DNA of 64,000 bases from positions 7,257-71,256 of the IMG/VR virus record IMGVR_UViG_3300009563_000549; one strand, 5' to 3'. Every line of letters starts with the position of its first letter. Within the stretch, counting starts at the first letter, position 1. This DNA comes from a virus (taxonomy: Duplodnaviria; Caudoviricetes). The notes beneath the pieces were generated by a model. The model had not been told where the DNA came from. It saw only the letters and a list, made by a program, of their open reading frames with translations, and made no database searches. Shown here in pieces: positions 37,882 through 47,179 of this stretch. The translations under genes were made by a program, and so were the position numbers.

Positions 37882-38115
37882 TTAAAGAACTTCGATTTTA
37901 GAAACAGGCATCCAGGAGTTTGGTAATGTAGAAGTTGAGTTTTCTTCTCTTACCTTTACCTCCCATTGAATGGACGGTCGCTCACCTTCATTTTGGGAAG
38001 GGTAAGAGACGATTCCGATTGCATCGACAACACCAGTTACAGAGTCTGTGTCCTTTACAAAGGAACAGCGTGACCCAAGATAAATTCGTGCACCGTTTTT
38101 ATCATAGCAAATCAT
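37882..38115 (-). CDS. Small SH3-like protein
   Basis: IYLGSRCSF...GVVDAI...WMPVSKIEVL. Confidence 0.5.
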   Translation of the reverse strand: MICYDKNGARIYLGSRCSFVKDTDSVTGVVDAIGIVSYPSQNEGERPSIQWEVKVREENSTSTLPNSWMPVSKIEVL

Positions 38116-38729
38116 AGTTTAACCTCTGGCATTTTTTCCATTGTTTCATTAAATTCATCTTCGCCTTTTAAAAAGCAAATTTGACAAGCAAGCATTTCAT
38201 ACTCCCACTTTTTTAGTGAAAGATAATTTCTTAATTTTTCTAAAGCATAGACAGCATTTTCAGCAGCTACTTTGTTCAAAGAATCAACATTTTCTAAAGT
38301 AGAGATTCCTTTTCGAATTACCAAAATTTCTTTATCAAGAAAAGCTCGAGGTCCTAATGTAGATTTTGCAATAGTTCGAGCTTCATTTTCTGTGCTTGCA
38401 AGCACCCAACCAAGAGTTGAAAAAGAGCTAGAGTGAGGGTAAAAATTTTCAAAACCCTTTTTTGCCTTGTAGTAAGTATGAGTTACTTTCCAAAGACTGT
38501 TTGGAATTACTTGCGATGGAGGCACAAACCTTACTTCTTCGCAAAGCTTATTAATTTTATTGGTTCTTAGAGTAATCCCGTTCTTTTTAAGATCAACCCA
38601 ACGATTTTTTACGTATTTCTCAACATCATCTTTGCGATCAAAACCAAAAGTGCAAACCTCTTCGTACGTAGGGACAGACTTCTTTGCAAGCCAAGAATCA
38701 ACAGTTTCATCGATGTTAAGCATTTTCAC
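38112..38729 (-). CDS. Hypothetical protein
   Basis: ORF track. Confidence 0.55.
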   Translation of the reverse strand: MKMLNIDETVDSWLAKKSVPTYEEVCTFGFDRKDDVEKYVKNRWVDLKKNGITLRTNKINKLCEEVRFVPPSQVIPNSLWKVTHTYYKAKKGFENFYPHSSSFSTLGWVLASTENEARTIAKSTLGPRAFLDKEILVIRKGISTLENVDSLNKVAAENAVYALEKLRNYLSLKKWEYEMLACQICFLKGEDEFNETMEKMPEVKL

Positions 38730-38730
38730 C

Positions 38731-39051
38731 TCAAAACAAAACTGCGGAGAAGAATGTAATTGTGCTCATAGCAAATCGAAAAATAGAATGAGTTCCTTTG
38801 AAAAATGAACGGACCACATTTTCAGGGCTTCCACTTGCATAAAGCAACGCACCGTTTAGAAGTGTAAAGAATGAAAGCGTGTAATTAAAGAAAAGAAAAA
38901 GAAAGTATGCTTCGTGTTTCAAAAACAGAAACGATGTGAAGTACGAAAAAACAACATACAAAAAATCAGAAGGAGAAAATTCATTGTTCCGAAAAAACGG
39001 AGCCCAAACAAGACTCAAATAAAACAAAAACCAAATAACGTAAGGGGTCAT
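38731..39051 (-). CDS. Hypothetical membrane protein
   Basis: Phe-rich TM segments. Confidence 0.5.
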   Translation of the reverse strand: MTPYVIWFLFYLSLVWAPFFRNNEFSPSDFLYVVFSYFTSFLFLKHEAYFLFLFFNYTLSFFTLLNGALLYASGSPENVVRSFFKGTHSIFRFAMSTITFFSAVLF

Positions 39052-39064
39052 TGTAGTCCTTTTG

Positions 39065-39481
39065 TTAGGAGAAGTTGCCTTTAATCAAATCCCAAGTTCC
39101 TTCACCGTGACCGATGCAATCATCGCCAATTTTAGATCTAGCAAGGTTATGCGGCCCTTGAATGGCATCATTTTTTTTGTACATTTCATTGCTACGCTCG
39201 CTGCTAAAAGATCTTTTGGCAATGATAGAGTACATTTCTTCAAATGAAATTTCTTTATTGTATTCATCGATGATGACTCGGTCATCATCAAAAAAGTAAG
39301 GAACCCACCCTGTAATGTCACAAATCCCATGATCAGGAATGACGTGCAAAGCAAAGCACCAGCCCATAGAACTCTTTCCGATATGAAGACACATAGGGTC
39401 GTTGCTTCGTTCATAATTCGTAGAATAAAAAAGGTCTTTAGAAACTGAGTAAAAATTCGTTCCCATTTTGCCCCCTTTCAT
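39065..39481 (-). CDS. Hypothetical phage protein
   Basis: MGTNFY...LHIGKSSMGWCFALH. Confidence 0.65.
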   Translation of the reverse strand: MKGGKMGTNFYSVSKDLFYSTNYERSNDPMCLHIGKSSMGWCFALHVIPDHGICDITGWVPYFFDDDRVIIDEYNKEISFEEMYSIIAKRSFSSERSNEMYKKNDAIQGPHNLARSKIGDDCIGHGEGTWDLIKGNFS

Positions 39482-39532
39482 ATTTTCCTATTAATTCATT
39501 TTAAAAATCTGAACATAGGAAATGTCGAATTT

Positions 39533-39850
39533 TTATTTTTTTTCTGTGTAGGCAGCTGCTTCTGGAGAATCTTTAAAGTATTGACAGTCACTAGCAGTCC
39601 ATTTTAGACGACCCATTGAACGTTTTTTGCGTTTTAGAGAATGCTCTGCTTTTAGAGCTTCTGATCTTGAACAATAAGGGCCGTAAACTCTACCAAGAGT
39701 CCACGGCCTTGACATTCTTGTGCATTTTGCACCGCCTCTTATTTCTCCGTTGTGCTGTCTTAAACGTCTGCACGGGTCAGTTGTTGATCCTACATAAGTC
39801 GGACCATTCGCAGAAATAATAACATACACCCACCATAAAGAGGCTTTCAT
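39533..39850 (-). CDS. GIY-YIG endonuclease (Slx1-like)
   Basis: WVYVI...TYVGSTTDPCRRLRQHNGEIRGGAKCT...ALKAE. Confidence 0.9.
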   Translation of the reverse strand: MKASLWWVYVIISANGPTYVGSTTDPCRRLRQHNGEIRGGAKCTRMSRPWTLGRVYGPYCSRSEALKAEHSLKRKKRSMGRLKWTASDCQYFKDSPEAAAYTEKK

Positions 39851-39853
39851 AAT

Positions 39854-40165
39854 CTAGCGATTGTCTCCTGAGCCTTGAAGGGTTCCTCTCTCAAGTCTTG
39901 AATTTAGCTTGTCTAAGTTAGATTGGGCAACTTCTTCTAAAGAAAATCCAAGATCGGATGAGAGAGCGCTAATGTACCAAAGAACATCTCCAAGCTCTTT
40001 CATCAAAAGACTCTTGTCAAGTTTTCCGTCTCTAATAAACTTTTTGACTTTTTCTGCAACTTCACCGGATTCACCAGAAAGACCAAGAGCAGGATAAACA
40101 ATTTTGTATTGCTCTGGATAAATGGCAGTTTTGCTTGCTTGACTTTGGTATTCATTGAAATTCAT
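39854..40165 (-). CDS. mazG: MazG-like NTP pyrophosphohydrolase
   Basis: FNEYQ...LGLSGESGEVAEKVKK...ELGDVLWY...NLDKL. Confidence 0.92.
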   Translation of the reverse strand: MNFNEYQSQASKTAIYPEQYKIVYPALGLSGESGEVAEKVKKFIRDGKLDKSLLMKELGDVLWYISALSSDLGFSLEEVAQSNLDKLNSRLERGTLQGSGDNR

Positions 40166-40169
40166 AGAG

Positions 40170-40403
40170 CTAACCTCCCTCTGTAAAATTACATTTGACA
40201 TCTTCAGGCCAAACCCATCCATAAAAATTTGTGGATGGAACCCAAATTTCGTACTCTGTTCCAAAAAAAGAATACAAATTTGCGCACACTTTTACAACAA
40301 GAGCAAAAGTGTTGTTGTCGCTAATAAACGATTTTTGGCGGTCTTTGCAGTCTACAATACGACTATTTTGCTTTAGAAGAATTAGATCGCCGTTTTTAGC
40401 CAT
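40170..40403 (-). CDS. Small SH3/KOW-like protein
   Basis: KNGDLILL...ALVVKV...GWVWPEDV. Confidence 0.55.
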   Translation of the reverse strand: MAKNGDLILLKQNSRIVDCKDRQKSFISDNNTFALVVKVCANLYSFFGTEYEIWVPSTNFYGWVWPEDVKCNFTEGG

Positions 40404-40417
40404 TTGAATTTTTGTTT

Positions 40418-41188
40418 TTAGACTTTGATTCTATCATCAAATTTGATGAGACCTAATTTCTTTAGCCTGTCTATCACAGGAGTTCCATTTTTTGTGTAAG
40501 CTTTTGTTAGCGGACTCGATAAAAGCTTTTCCTTGTAGCCGGGGTTGCGACCATAGAATTCTTCTTTTTCTTTGTCAAATGAAGATCTAAAATTAACAGG
40601 ATCTTTCCTTAAAAGATCTTGTCTTTTTGTTTCAAAGCTATCGTACAAATCATTTGTTAAGTCGTCGTCAAGAGTTGCTGTCCACCAACAATCATCCATT
40701 GGGTCAACAGGTGTAAGCGTGCCCAGAGTATCATCAAGCTGTCTAGAGTTCACGTCGGTTCGTTTATTTAGATAATAAGACCAAACTCTTAAAGCATCAT
40801 CAGAAACTGATGATCTGTCTGCTGCTAGACCTTGCTCTCCTGTCATTTCAATTGCAACATCATACAAAAGAGGTCCAGCACCATCAACTTCTTGATCAAC
40901 AGAAGACTCATAGATTACATACGCGCCGCCGCAGGGGCCTGACTCTGATCCTGCTGAGGGCTTGTAAATTTTCACAAACCCAACACTTTCCGAGGAGGGC
41001 TCCAATTCTACGCCGTATTTGTCAAGAACTTCATCGTATTGTGGGTTCATCTTAATACGATGAAGTTCAATTGACAGCATGTTACTTTTTCCCAATTTTT
41101 TGACAAAAATTTGATAATTTTTCCCAAGTCGTTCGGGTGTCCATGCAGCTTCTGCAAGTAGCATTTCTCGTATAAGTTGTCTAATCAT
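40418..41188 (-). CDS. GNAT-like paralog family, copy 1
   Basis: GPCGGAY...GAGPLLYDVAIE...LAADRSSVSDDALRVWSYY...QLDD; similar to 48074 and 50026. Confidence 0.55.
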   Translation of the reverse strand: MIRQLIREMLLAEAAWTPERLGKNYQIFVKKLGKSNMLSIELHRIKMNPQYDEVLDKYGVELEPSSESVGFVKIYKPSAGSESGPCGGAYVIYESSVDQEVDGAGPLLYDVAIEMTGEQGLAADRSSVSDDALRVWSYYLNKRTDVNSRQLDDTLGTLTPVDPMDDCWWTATLDDDLTNDLYDSFETKRQDLLRKDPVNFRSSFDKEKEEFYGRNPGYKEKLLSSPLTKAYTKNGTPVIDRLKKLGLIKFDDRIKV

Positions 41189-41205
41189 TAGTTCCTCAAA
41201 ACTAA

Positions 41206-41895
41206 TTATTCAGACATTTTAGAAACTTCAAGAATGTTACCTACTGAGGTTATCTTTTCCATAACTCCGTCATGACAGCAAGATCCGTTGCTGAAAACAG
41301 TTTTAAGACCAAGCATAGTTCTTGTTCCGTTGTTTTGCAGGTCTCCGTCAGAATGAACATGACCAAAAAGATGCGCCTCAAGCCTCAGCGCCATAACCCT
41401 CTTTTGAAGAGCCCTGCAACCAACAAGCTCGATGTCATTTTGACGACTGTATGTTGCATCAAGACAAGAGAAGGGAGGTCCATGAGTAACGAGAACATCT
41501 GTGTCTTCAGGAATGTTTTGCCACTTTTTGTTTAGCGATCCTCGACCAACCATCCAAGCCCATTCACCATAGCGTGGAACCCAAGGAGAGCCCCAAATTT
41601 TGATTCCGCTAATTTCTGTTCCTGAATCTACAAGAGGTGTAATACCCAAATCAATGAGCTCGTCTTTTCTTACAAGGTTGCGCTCAAATGATGTTTCATG
41701 ATTTCCGGGAACAAAAATTTTGTGAGGAATAGAAAGATTTGAAAACCAAGCAAGAAAATTACGGAATTCTTTTTCGTTGATGTAAGGGTTTTTATTGTTT
41801 GAAGCATCTCCGCTATGGACAACGACCTCAACATCGTTGGGAACAGGAAGTTGTTCATGTAATCCGTGAGTGTCAGAAATGTGCCAAAGCTTCAT
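41206..41895 (-). CDS. Metallophosphoesterase (calcineurin-like)
   Basis: ISDTH, HSGD, PGNHE, LVTHGPP, FGHVH. Confidence 0.92.
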   Translation of the reverse strand: MKLWHISDTHGLHEQLPVPNDVEVVVHSGDASNNKNPYINEKEFRNFLAWFSNLSIPHKIFVPGNHETSFERNLVRKDELIDLGITPLVDSGTEISGIKIWGSPWVPRYGEWAWMVGRGSLNKKWQNIPEDTDVLVTHGPPFSCLDATYSRQNDIELVGCRALQKRVMALRLEAHLFGHVHSDGDLQNNGTRTMLGLKTVFSNGSCCHDGVMEKITSVGNILEVSKMSE

Positions 41896-41906
41896 GTTAC
41901 CTACTG

Positions 41907-42089
41907 TTAGCAATCAGCGATTACGTAGTCTTCTTCAAAAGCCTGAAAAATAAGAGCCCAATGGTCATCAGACCTCTCACCTCTCGAGATTTCATTCGCA
42001 ATTTTTTCCGAAGCCATTTTAAGAGTGATGCCCTTAAAAAGATCGTAGGAGTTGTTTGCGTTCTTTTCGAAAGGTCCTTGAACAGTCAT
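41907..42089 (-). CDS. Hypothetical protein
   Basis: Short ORF behind ACCGAATTA promoter, RBS GAGG. Confidence 0.55.
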   Translation of the reverse strand: MTVQGPFEKNANNSYDLFKGITLKMASEKIANEISRGERSDDHWALIFQAFEEDYVIADC

Positions 42090-42149
42090 TTTGCCTCTCT
42101 GGTTAGTGACAAAACTATTTAATTCGGTTTTAAAAAACTGAACACATTT

Positions 42150-42665
42150 TTAGTGGTGTTTTTTCATCATAAGCTGGATTTTTCGAAATGCTTCTGCGTT
42201 TCCTTTTGCGTCATTCACAGGATTGTGATCATGAGCTGTTTCACGCAAATGATGCCACTTTGCACGCATGTTACCCACAGCTCCACAATACAGATCACCA
42301 ATTCTACGAGCAGAATACCCAAAAGGGTTTTCGCCTAAGTAGAGATGAAAGTAGTAGTTGATCCACTGCCAATCAAAAGCAGGATTATCTGAGATAAAAA
42401 TTGGACGTGACCCTCCGTTTGTCTCCAAAATCCAATCTTTAAAATCGAACATTGCTTTATGAGGGTCACCGTATTTTTCATGAGTTGCCCTGTCAGGACA
42501 AGAAATTTTTAAAGCCTCCAGCTTATAGTTGGGAGTGATTGGGCGCGTTTCTCTGTAAAAGGTTGTCTCAAGGTTTTCGTCAAATTTTACTGCACCAAAA
42601 CTTACCATTGAAAAAAGACCAGGACAAGGACCGTCAGATTCTACATCTACAAAATAGTAGCTCAT
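42150..42665 (-). CDS. DEDDh 3'-5' exoribonuclease (Rv2179c-like)
   Basis: FVDVESDG, NPAFDWQW, HDHNPVNDA. Confidence 0.85.
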   Translation of the reverse strand: MSYYFVDVESDGPCPGLFSMVSFGAVKFDENLETTFYRETRPITPNYKLEALKISCPDRATHEKYGDPHKAMFDFKDWILETNGGSRPIFISDNPAFDWQWINYYFHLYLGENPFGYSARRIGDLYCGAVGNMRAKWHHLRETAHDHNPVNDAKGNAEAFRKIQLMMKKHH

Positions 42666-42668
42666 AAT

Positions 42669-43112
42669 TTAATTACTCCGATTTGTGTTGTTTTGTTCTT
42701 CGATTGCATCCTGCAAAAATGAAATGAGCTTTTCTCCTTCTGAGAGAGAGATAGAAGCACTATCCCAATGTCCATATCTTGAATTGTATCCGAAAAAATA
42801 CTTAATTGCAATCCAAGCTCTCTTCCACCAGGGCCGCCAGTCATTTAGAAAGATAGAAACCCAAACAAGCTCTCCATCGTCCATTGAATCGGGAATGTGA
42901 CTAAATCTGATTGTATGCTCTGGTGAGCTACAAGAACATACAACATGATGCATTTTCAGAATGTCAGACACTTTCTTTCTCATCAGATTTTTGCAAAGGT
43001 TCTGGAATCGACTTTGAAGATGAGTATGTATGACCATTTTCGCATTTATCATCTCCGTTAAATCCGCGCTCGCGGAAGATTCCTTTACCTTGGCAAAGAG
43101 GACAATAACCAT
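42669..43112 (-). CDS. Hypothetical protein (start uncertain)
   Basis: CSCSSPEH...WWKRAWIAIKYFFGY. Confidence 0.55.
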   Translation of the reverse strand: MVIVLFAKVKESSASADLTEMINAKMVIHTHLQSRFQNLCKNLMRKKVSDILKMHHVVCSCSSPEHTIRFSHIPDSMDDGELVWVSIFLNDWRPWWKRAWIAIKYFFGYNSRYGHWDSASISLSEGEKLISFLQDAIEEQNNTNRSN

Positions 43113-43118
43113 ACACTT

Positions 43119-43445
43119 TCATAAGTATTTTTCTCCAAAAAGAACGTGCTCATCGACATAATGCGTAACAGATACACTCGTTATAGAGTGTATTCTATGC
43201 TCACCTTGCGGACAAAGCTCGTTAAAAATTTCAATTTGCTCTTGTGTTAAAAGCCCTGCGTAAAGCTCTGCCGGTTCAGGGCTGCTGCAATATTCGTTTA
43301 AGTTCCAATTATGTCTTTTCTTCAAGACATCTACAACAGGTTTGACAACATCTTCAAGATCTTCATCCGAAATCTTTGAAACACTCGTGACGTAATCAGC
43401 GTCATTTGTGTCACCAACGATTGTAAGTCTATAGTAATTTGTCAT
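43119..43445 (-). CDS. Hypothetical phage protein
   Basis: IVGDTNDADYVT. Confidence 0.6.
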   Translation of the reverse strand: MTNYYRLTIVGDTNDADYVTSVSKISDEDLEDVVKPVVDVLKKRHNWNLNEYCSSPEPAELYAGLLTQEQIEIFNELCPQGEHRIHSITSVSVTHYVDEHVLFGEKYL

Positions 43446-43497
43446 TTGTTTATCCTTTACTTTTCAAATCAGAATATTGTTTTGTATTTTTTAGGAA

Positions 43498-43800
43498 TCA
43501 ATCAATCAAATGTATTTGTTGACTACCATCGAACACATTCAAATTCACGGTTTTCAGGTAGTCTATAATGATATTACCGAGTCCTTCCTTTTTGTTGATG
43601 CTTATAAAACTCAAAATTGGCCAATAACAACCGATTTTTTCTGTCTCAATAAATTTAAAGTCGATTTCAGAAAAATCGCTTACTCCATACAATTCCAAGA
43701 ATAGGCTCTCGTTGTAGTCATCCTCAGCTTCCTTATGCTTCCTAAGAAGCTGGAGAATGTTTTGGCGGTAGGGTTCAACTTCGTCTATTCCGTAGATCAT
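43498..43800 (-). CDS. Hypothetical protein
   Basis: ORF track; RBS GAGG. Confidence 0.55.
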   Translation of the reverse strand: MIYGIDEVEPYRQNILQLLRKHKEAEDDYNESLFLELYGVSDFSEIDFKFIETEKIGCYWPILSFISINKKEGLGNIIIDYLKTVNLNVFDGSQQIHLID

Positions 43801-44114
43801 TTTTTTACCTCAAAGAAGAATTTGTTCGTCAACATATGGTGTTATTGTTATGCTATCAACACTTAGTATACATAGAAATTAACATCCCAACCTTCGTGTT
43901 CATCTATACGTCTTAAGGTATTCACACGCCCTTTTCAGGGTCTCAACATTTCCAAATGCATTCTCATTATGAGAACACCATCTCCATTTTAAATCGTGTG
44001 GATCATTAGACCATAAACAAACTTTCCCAATAAAAGTATTGTCATCATCCAAAACAAGGTAGCCTTTGCTGTACTGGATTTTACATCTTATTTTTTCATG
44101 TGGATACCCGCATA

Positions 44115-44687
44115 TTATTCATGTTCCATCATAAGAGCGCATGAGTCATCATCTGCATCTTCTTTTGCTTTTTCTATGTAAGATCTAACTGCGCTGATAA
44201 CGATAGCCGGATCTTTGCAAAGATCAAAGTGCGTCAGCTCTCCGTCGTAACCCGATGCAAGCTTCTCAATTTCCCGAAGAGCAGAATACATTCTTTCTGT
44301 CAAAGTGTCAGGCTGCTTTTTGTAAAGCATGTTCAAGAGCCATCCCATCCATCTTTCTTCTACTGCTGTCTCTGTTACTGAAATTACAGTATGCGGGACC
44401 GCCAGCTCAGCGAGGATTTGTGAAACTAACTTTGCCGCAGGGTGATTTGCGGAAGAAACGCATACAGGAACGTTGCGAGGCCCCAAGACCTCCTGGGCAT
44501 AATGCTGCCCATTCCAGACAGGCATGTCGTGGTCGAGCATGACAGCAAACACCTTCCCGCTGTCCAAAAGAATTTCAGCAGCATCAGGTGACTGCACGCA
44601 ACACACGATTACATCGTGTTCTAGCAATAGGTTTGCAATGTGCGAATATCTTGCTGCGTCATCATCAATTGCAAGTAAAACTTTCAT
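44115..44687 (-). CDS. Receiver-like domain protein (cyclic-phosphate-processing receiver type)
   Basis: LAIDDDAARY...VMLDHDM...SSAN. Confidence 0.6.
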   Translation of the reverse strand: MKVLLAIDDDAARYSHIANLLLEHDVIVCCVQSPDAAEILLDSGKVFAVMLDHDMPVWNGQHYAQEVLGPRNVPVCVSSANHPAAKLVSQILAELAVPHTVISVTETAVEERWMGWLLNMLYKKQPDTLTERMYSALREIEKLASGYDGELTHFDLCKDPAIVISAVRSYIEKAKEDADDDSCALMMEHE

Positions 44688-44699
44688 TTTATCTCCTAT

Positions 44700-45056
44700 T
44701 CAAATTGAGCATTTTGACGGCGTGACTGTAACTGTTTGACGACCGAACCTCTTTGCAGACTCTTTAGATTTTAAGAGAAGATCGACTCTGTTTCCCTTAA
44801 TGTCTCCGCCCACGTCAGCAGCAAGATAAACTGTGCTGTGACCATCAGCAAATTTTACTCTGTAACACTTACCGAGTGTAAGAACTTTTGGATCAACTGC
44901 CATGATTTTTGCAGACCAAGGATCAGCTACAATCCCAATTTTTGTTATTCCGGTGCAACCTACACAATCCGCAGTGTAAGCCGTTGCAACAAATTTACGT
45001 CCAGAGTCAGCAGTTGCGGATGCAAAAGCAAAGAACATAAGAAAGAAAATTTTCAT
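44700..45056 (-). CDS. Secreted 3D-domain (peptidoglycan-modifying) protein
   Basis: Signal peptide; ATAYT...AVDPKV...AADVGGDIKGNRVDL. Confidence 0.85.
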   Translation of the reverse strand: MKIFFLMFFAFASATADSGRKFVATAYTADCVGCTGITKIGIVADPWSAKIMAVDPKVLTLGKCYRVKFADGHSTVYLAADVGGDIKGNRVDLLLKSKESAKRFGRQTVTVTPSKCSI

Positions 45057-45138
45057 AAATCACTTTTTGTTATGAACCGATGTAGTCTTTTAATTCGGTT
45101 TTTGTTAGTTGAACACCTTTTTTTGAAGAAGAATTTGC

Positions 45139-45414
45139 TTAAAATTTAAGAGTGCTTAAAGTGTTTGCTTTCAAATGATAATGCGACGGAATACCGCTTC
45201 CGTCACCGTCTTCTTCTCCGAAAAGGAATAATCGACCATCACCCCACCCATCGCCTGGGATTATGTGATCGCTATAACGATAGCCGTCTCCGTACCCATC
45301 TTCTCCACCTACCTCAAAACCTTGCCCGTGGCCATTACCATTTGTCAATGAGCCGTGACAAAAATTTAGAGCAATTTCTTCATCAGTGTAGATGGAGAAA
45401 AAAATCCAATTCAA
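45139..45414 (-). CDS. Orphan member of the W-F-CxG Gly-rich family
   Basis: MNWIFFSIYTDEEIALNFCHGSLTNGNGHGQG...GDGWGDG. Confidence 0.8.
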   Translation of the reverse strand: MNWIFFSIYTDEEIALNFCHGSLTNGNGHGQGFEVGGEDGYGDGYRYSDHIIPGDGWGDGRLFLFGEEDGDGSGIPSHYHLKANTLSTLKF

Positions 45415-45462
45415 CGAGCTATACTCCTATAGTAATCTTGCTCTGTGAATTTACAAGCACGA

Positions 45463-45630
45463 CTAACCATCTTTGACAAGAGATCTTTGCAAAAGTGTTA
45501 TTGCTTCTTCAATGTCTCTTTTGGCTTTTAAAATAAGAGGGTCATCATCAAAAACATGACGAACATCAGTCAAAGATTCTTTCAGTTTTTTAACAGTTCT
45601 CAAAATTCTGATTTTGTCATTTTCTCTCAT
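45463..45630 (-). CDS. Hypothetical small helical protein
   Basis: MRENDKIRILRTVKKLKESL. Confidence 0.45.
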   Translation of the reverse strand: MRENDKIRILRTVKKLKESLTDVRHVFDDDPLILKAKRDIEEAITLLQRSLVKDG

Positions 45631-45982
45631 CGTTCCCTCTGATTTCATCCTGGGCCGCAGCAACTCGCTCAGCTTTGACAAGCCCAACAGGATCGTCGGG
45701 GTCAATGTCAAATTCAGAACCCGTGTCTTCATAAGGGTTGCTGAAATAAGTTGATCGAGTCGAGTATGTTGTCTCATTGATCTCTCTCAAGATTTCTCTA
45801 ATTGTCATTCTAACTATTGACTCTTTCGGACCTTCAATTGCTGCAATTTGACCTTGAGCCTTTTTTCTAGATGTGTGACAATTAGAGTGTTTCTTTCCTT
45901 TTTTGTCTGTATAAGAAAGAACATACTCACCTTTTTTGCCTGATGACTGTTTGCATGAACGTTTTCTAATGTTGTAAGGCAT
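45617..45982 (-). CDS. Hypothetical protein
   Basis: MPYNIRKRSCKQSSGKKGEYVL...HTSRKKAQGQIAAIE. Confidence 0.6.
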   Translation of the reverse strand: MPYNIRKRSCKQSSGKKGEYVLSYTDKKGKKHSNCHTSRKKAQGQIAAIEGPKESIVRMTIREILREINETTYSTRSTYFSNPYEDTGSEFDIDPDDPVGLVKAERVAAAQDEIRGNDERK

Positions 45983-47163
45983 TAGAAAGAACCTTTTGTT
46001 TTTGGATTACTAAAAATCTTATTCATTAGAATTTTGTACTCAACAAAAACGTCATTTTTTTGTGAATTTTTATTTAACCAGATTACGCTTTCTTTTTTCT
46101 TTTTTTCAACGTATCCGTTAGGAAACAGTCCAATTCTTACACCGGAAATTCCTAAGTTACTTCGATCACTAGCGTTTCTTGCAACAAGAACAGGTTTCCA
46201 ATTGTCGTCTCTGATAATTTCATCTTTAAACCATAAATTATCACCAGAAAAATTGTAGAACCCGCCTCTTGGCTCAAGTTTAATCGGTGTCATTGAAGCA
46301 ATGATAATGTCGCAGTTTTCGTTTGAACTTACATCATTTTTGTAATCAACACCCCAAGTGGACCTTTTTGCAAGGTCAGAATCAGAATCTAATTCTGACG
46401 CTAGAACTTGTCCGCGCTCCAATTCATTGCCTGATTTAAAAAAATCTTTTACTTTATCAACAAAATCATCTATTTCTTTGCTGTATTGTCCGTTTCCATC
46501 GGGCTTTTTTGTAACACCCGCCCATTGCTGCATTCTAGCAGGATCTTTTGCTGCTTTAAGAGAGATATACGCAACAGCTACACCGTCTTTGTTGAGAAGC
46601 TCTGTATCAGCTTTTGAGCCTGATCCTCCTATTCTTTTGGCAGATGCAACTTTCACAAGTCTTGGTGTTGAGTTGGGGTTGTTTAGATTAATTAAAATCT
46701 CCTTTTCCCCTTTTTTAAATGATTCAATTTGCGATTGAATTTGTTCAAATTGCTTCATTTCTGCTTTTTGAGAACCTCCAGCCCCTTTTCCACCGAAATC
46801 TTTGGTTTTCTTTAAGCTGGAAGATTTTATCGGTTTCAGATATCTTGAGCCAAAAGTATCATAAGCAACAACAAGGTTTTTTGAAAAGGCTTTATTGTAT
46901 GAATCTACGCTTCCATCTTCACCAATTTCTTTTAGAGCGTTGATCAATGTCAAGTTTTCGTCTTTTGGGAAGACAACCAAATCCCCGTCGCGCCGACCAT
47001 CAACATCGTATAATTCAAAAGGTTCGCCTTTTTCAATTTTTTGAAGAAAAGTGCTCCATCTTTCCCCTTTTTTAATTTCAAAACCGCTAAGATTTGAAGC
47101 TTCAAACAAAAGACCTAAAAGATTTTTTGTTTCTTGAATTTTTGTTTTGTTGCTACGTTTCAT
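45982..47163 (-). CDS. Putative PD-(D/E)xK nuclease-fold protein
   Basis: SKADTEL...YISLK; ATAATTA motif upstream (47169-47175). Confidence 0.5.
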   Translation of the reverse strand: MKRSNKTKIQETKNLLGLLFEASNLSGFEIKKGERWSTFLQKIEKGEPFELYDVDGRRDGDLVVFPKDENLTLINALKEIGEDGSVDSYNKAFSKNLVVAYDTFGSRYLKPIKSSSLKKTKDFGGKGAGGSQKAEMKQFEQIQSQIESFKKGEKEILINLNNPNSTPRLVKVASAKRIGGSGSKADTELLNKDGVAVAYISLKAAKDPARMQQWAGVTKKPDGNGQYSKEIDDFVDKVKDFFKSGNELERGQVLASELDSDSDLAKRSTWGVDYKNDVSSNENCDIIIASMTPIKLEPRGGFYNFSGDNLWFKDEIIRDDNWKPVLVARNASDRSNLGISGVRIGLFPNGYVEKKKKESVIWLNKNSQKNDVFVEYKILMNKIFSNPKTKGSF

Positions 47164-47179
47164 ACGACTAATTATTCAT

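Noticed and set aside
43900-44112. Open frame ICGYPHEKIRCKIQY...YLKTYR on the minus strand
   Set aside because: No ATG, GTG or TTG start after the upstream stop; may be a pseudogene or ATA-start gene, but unsupported.
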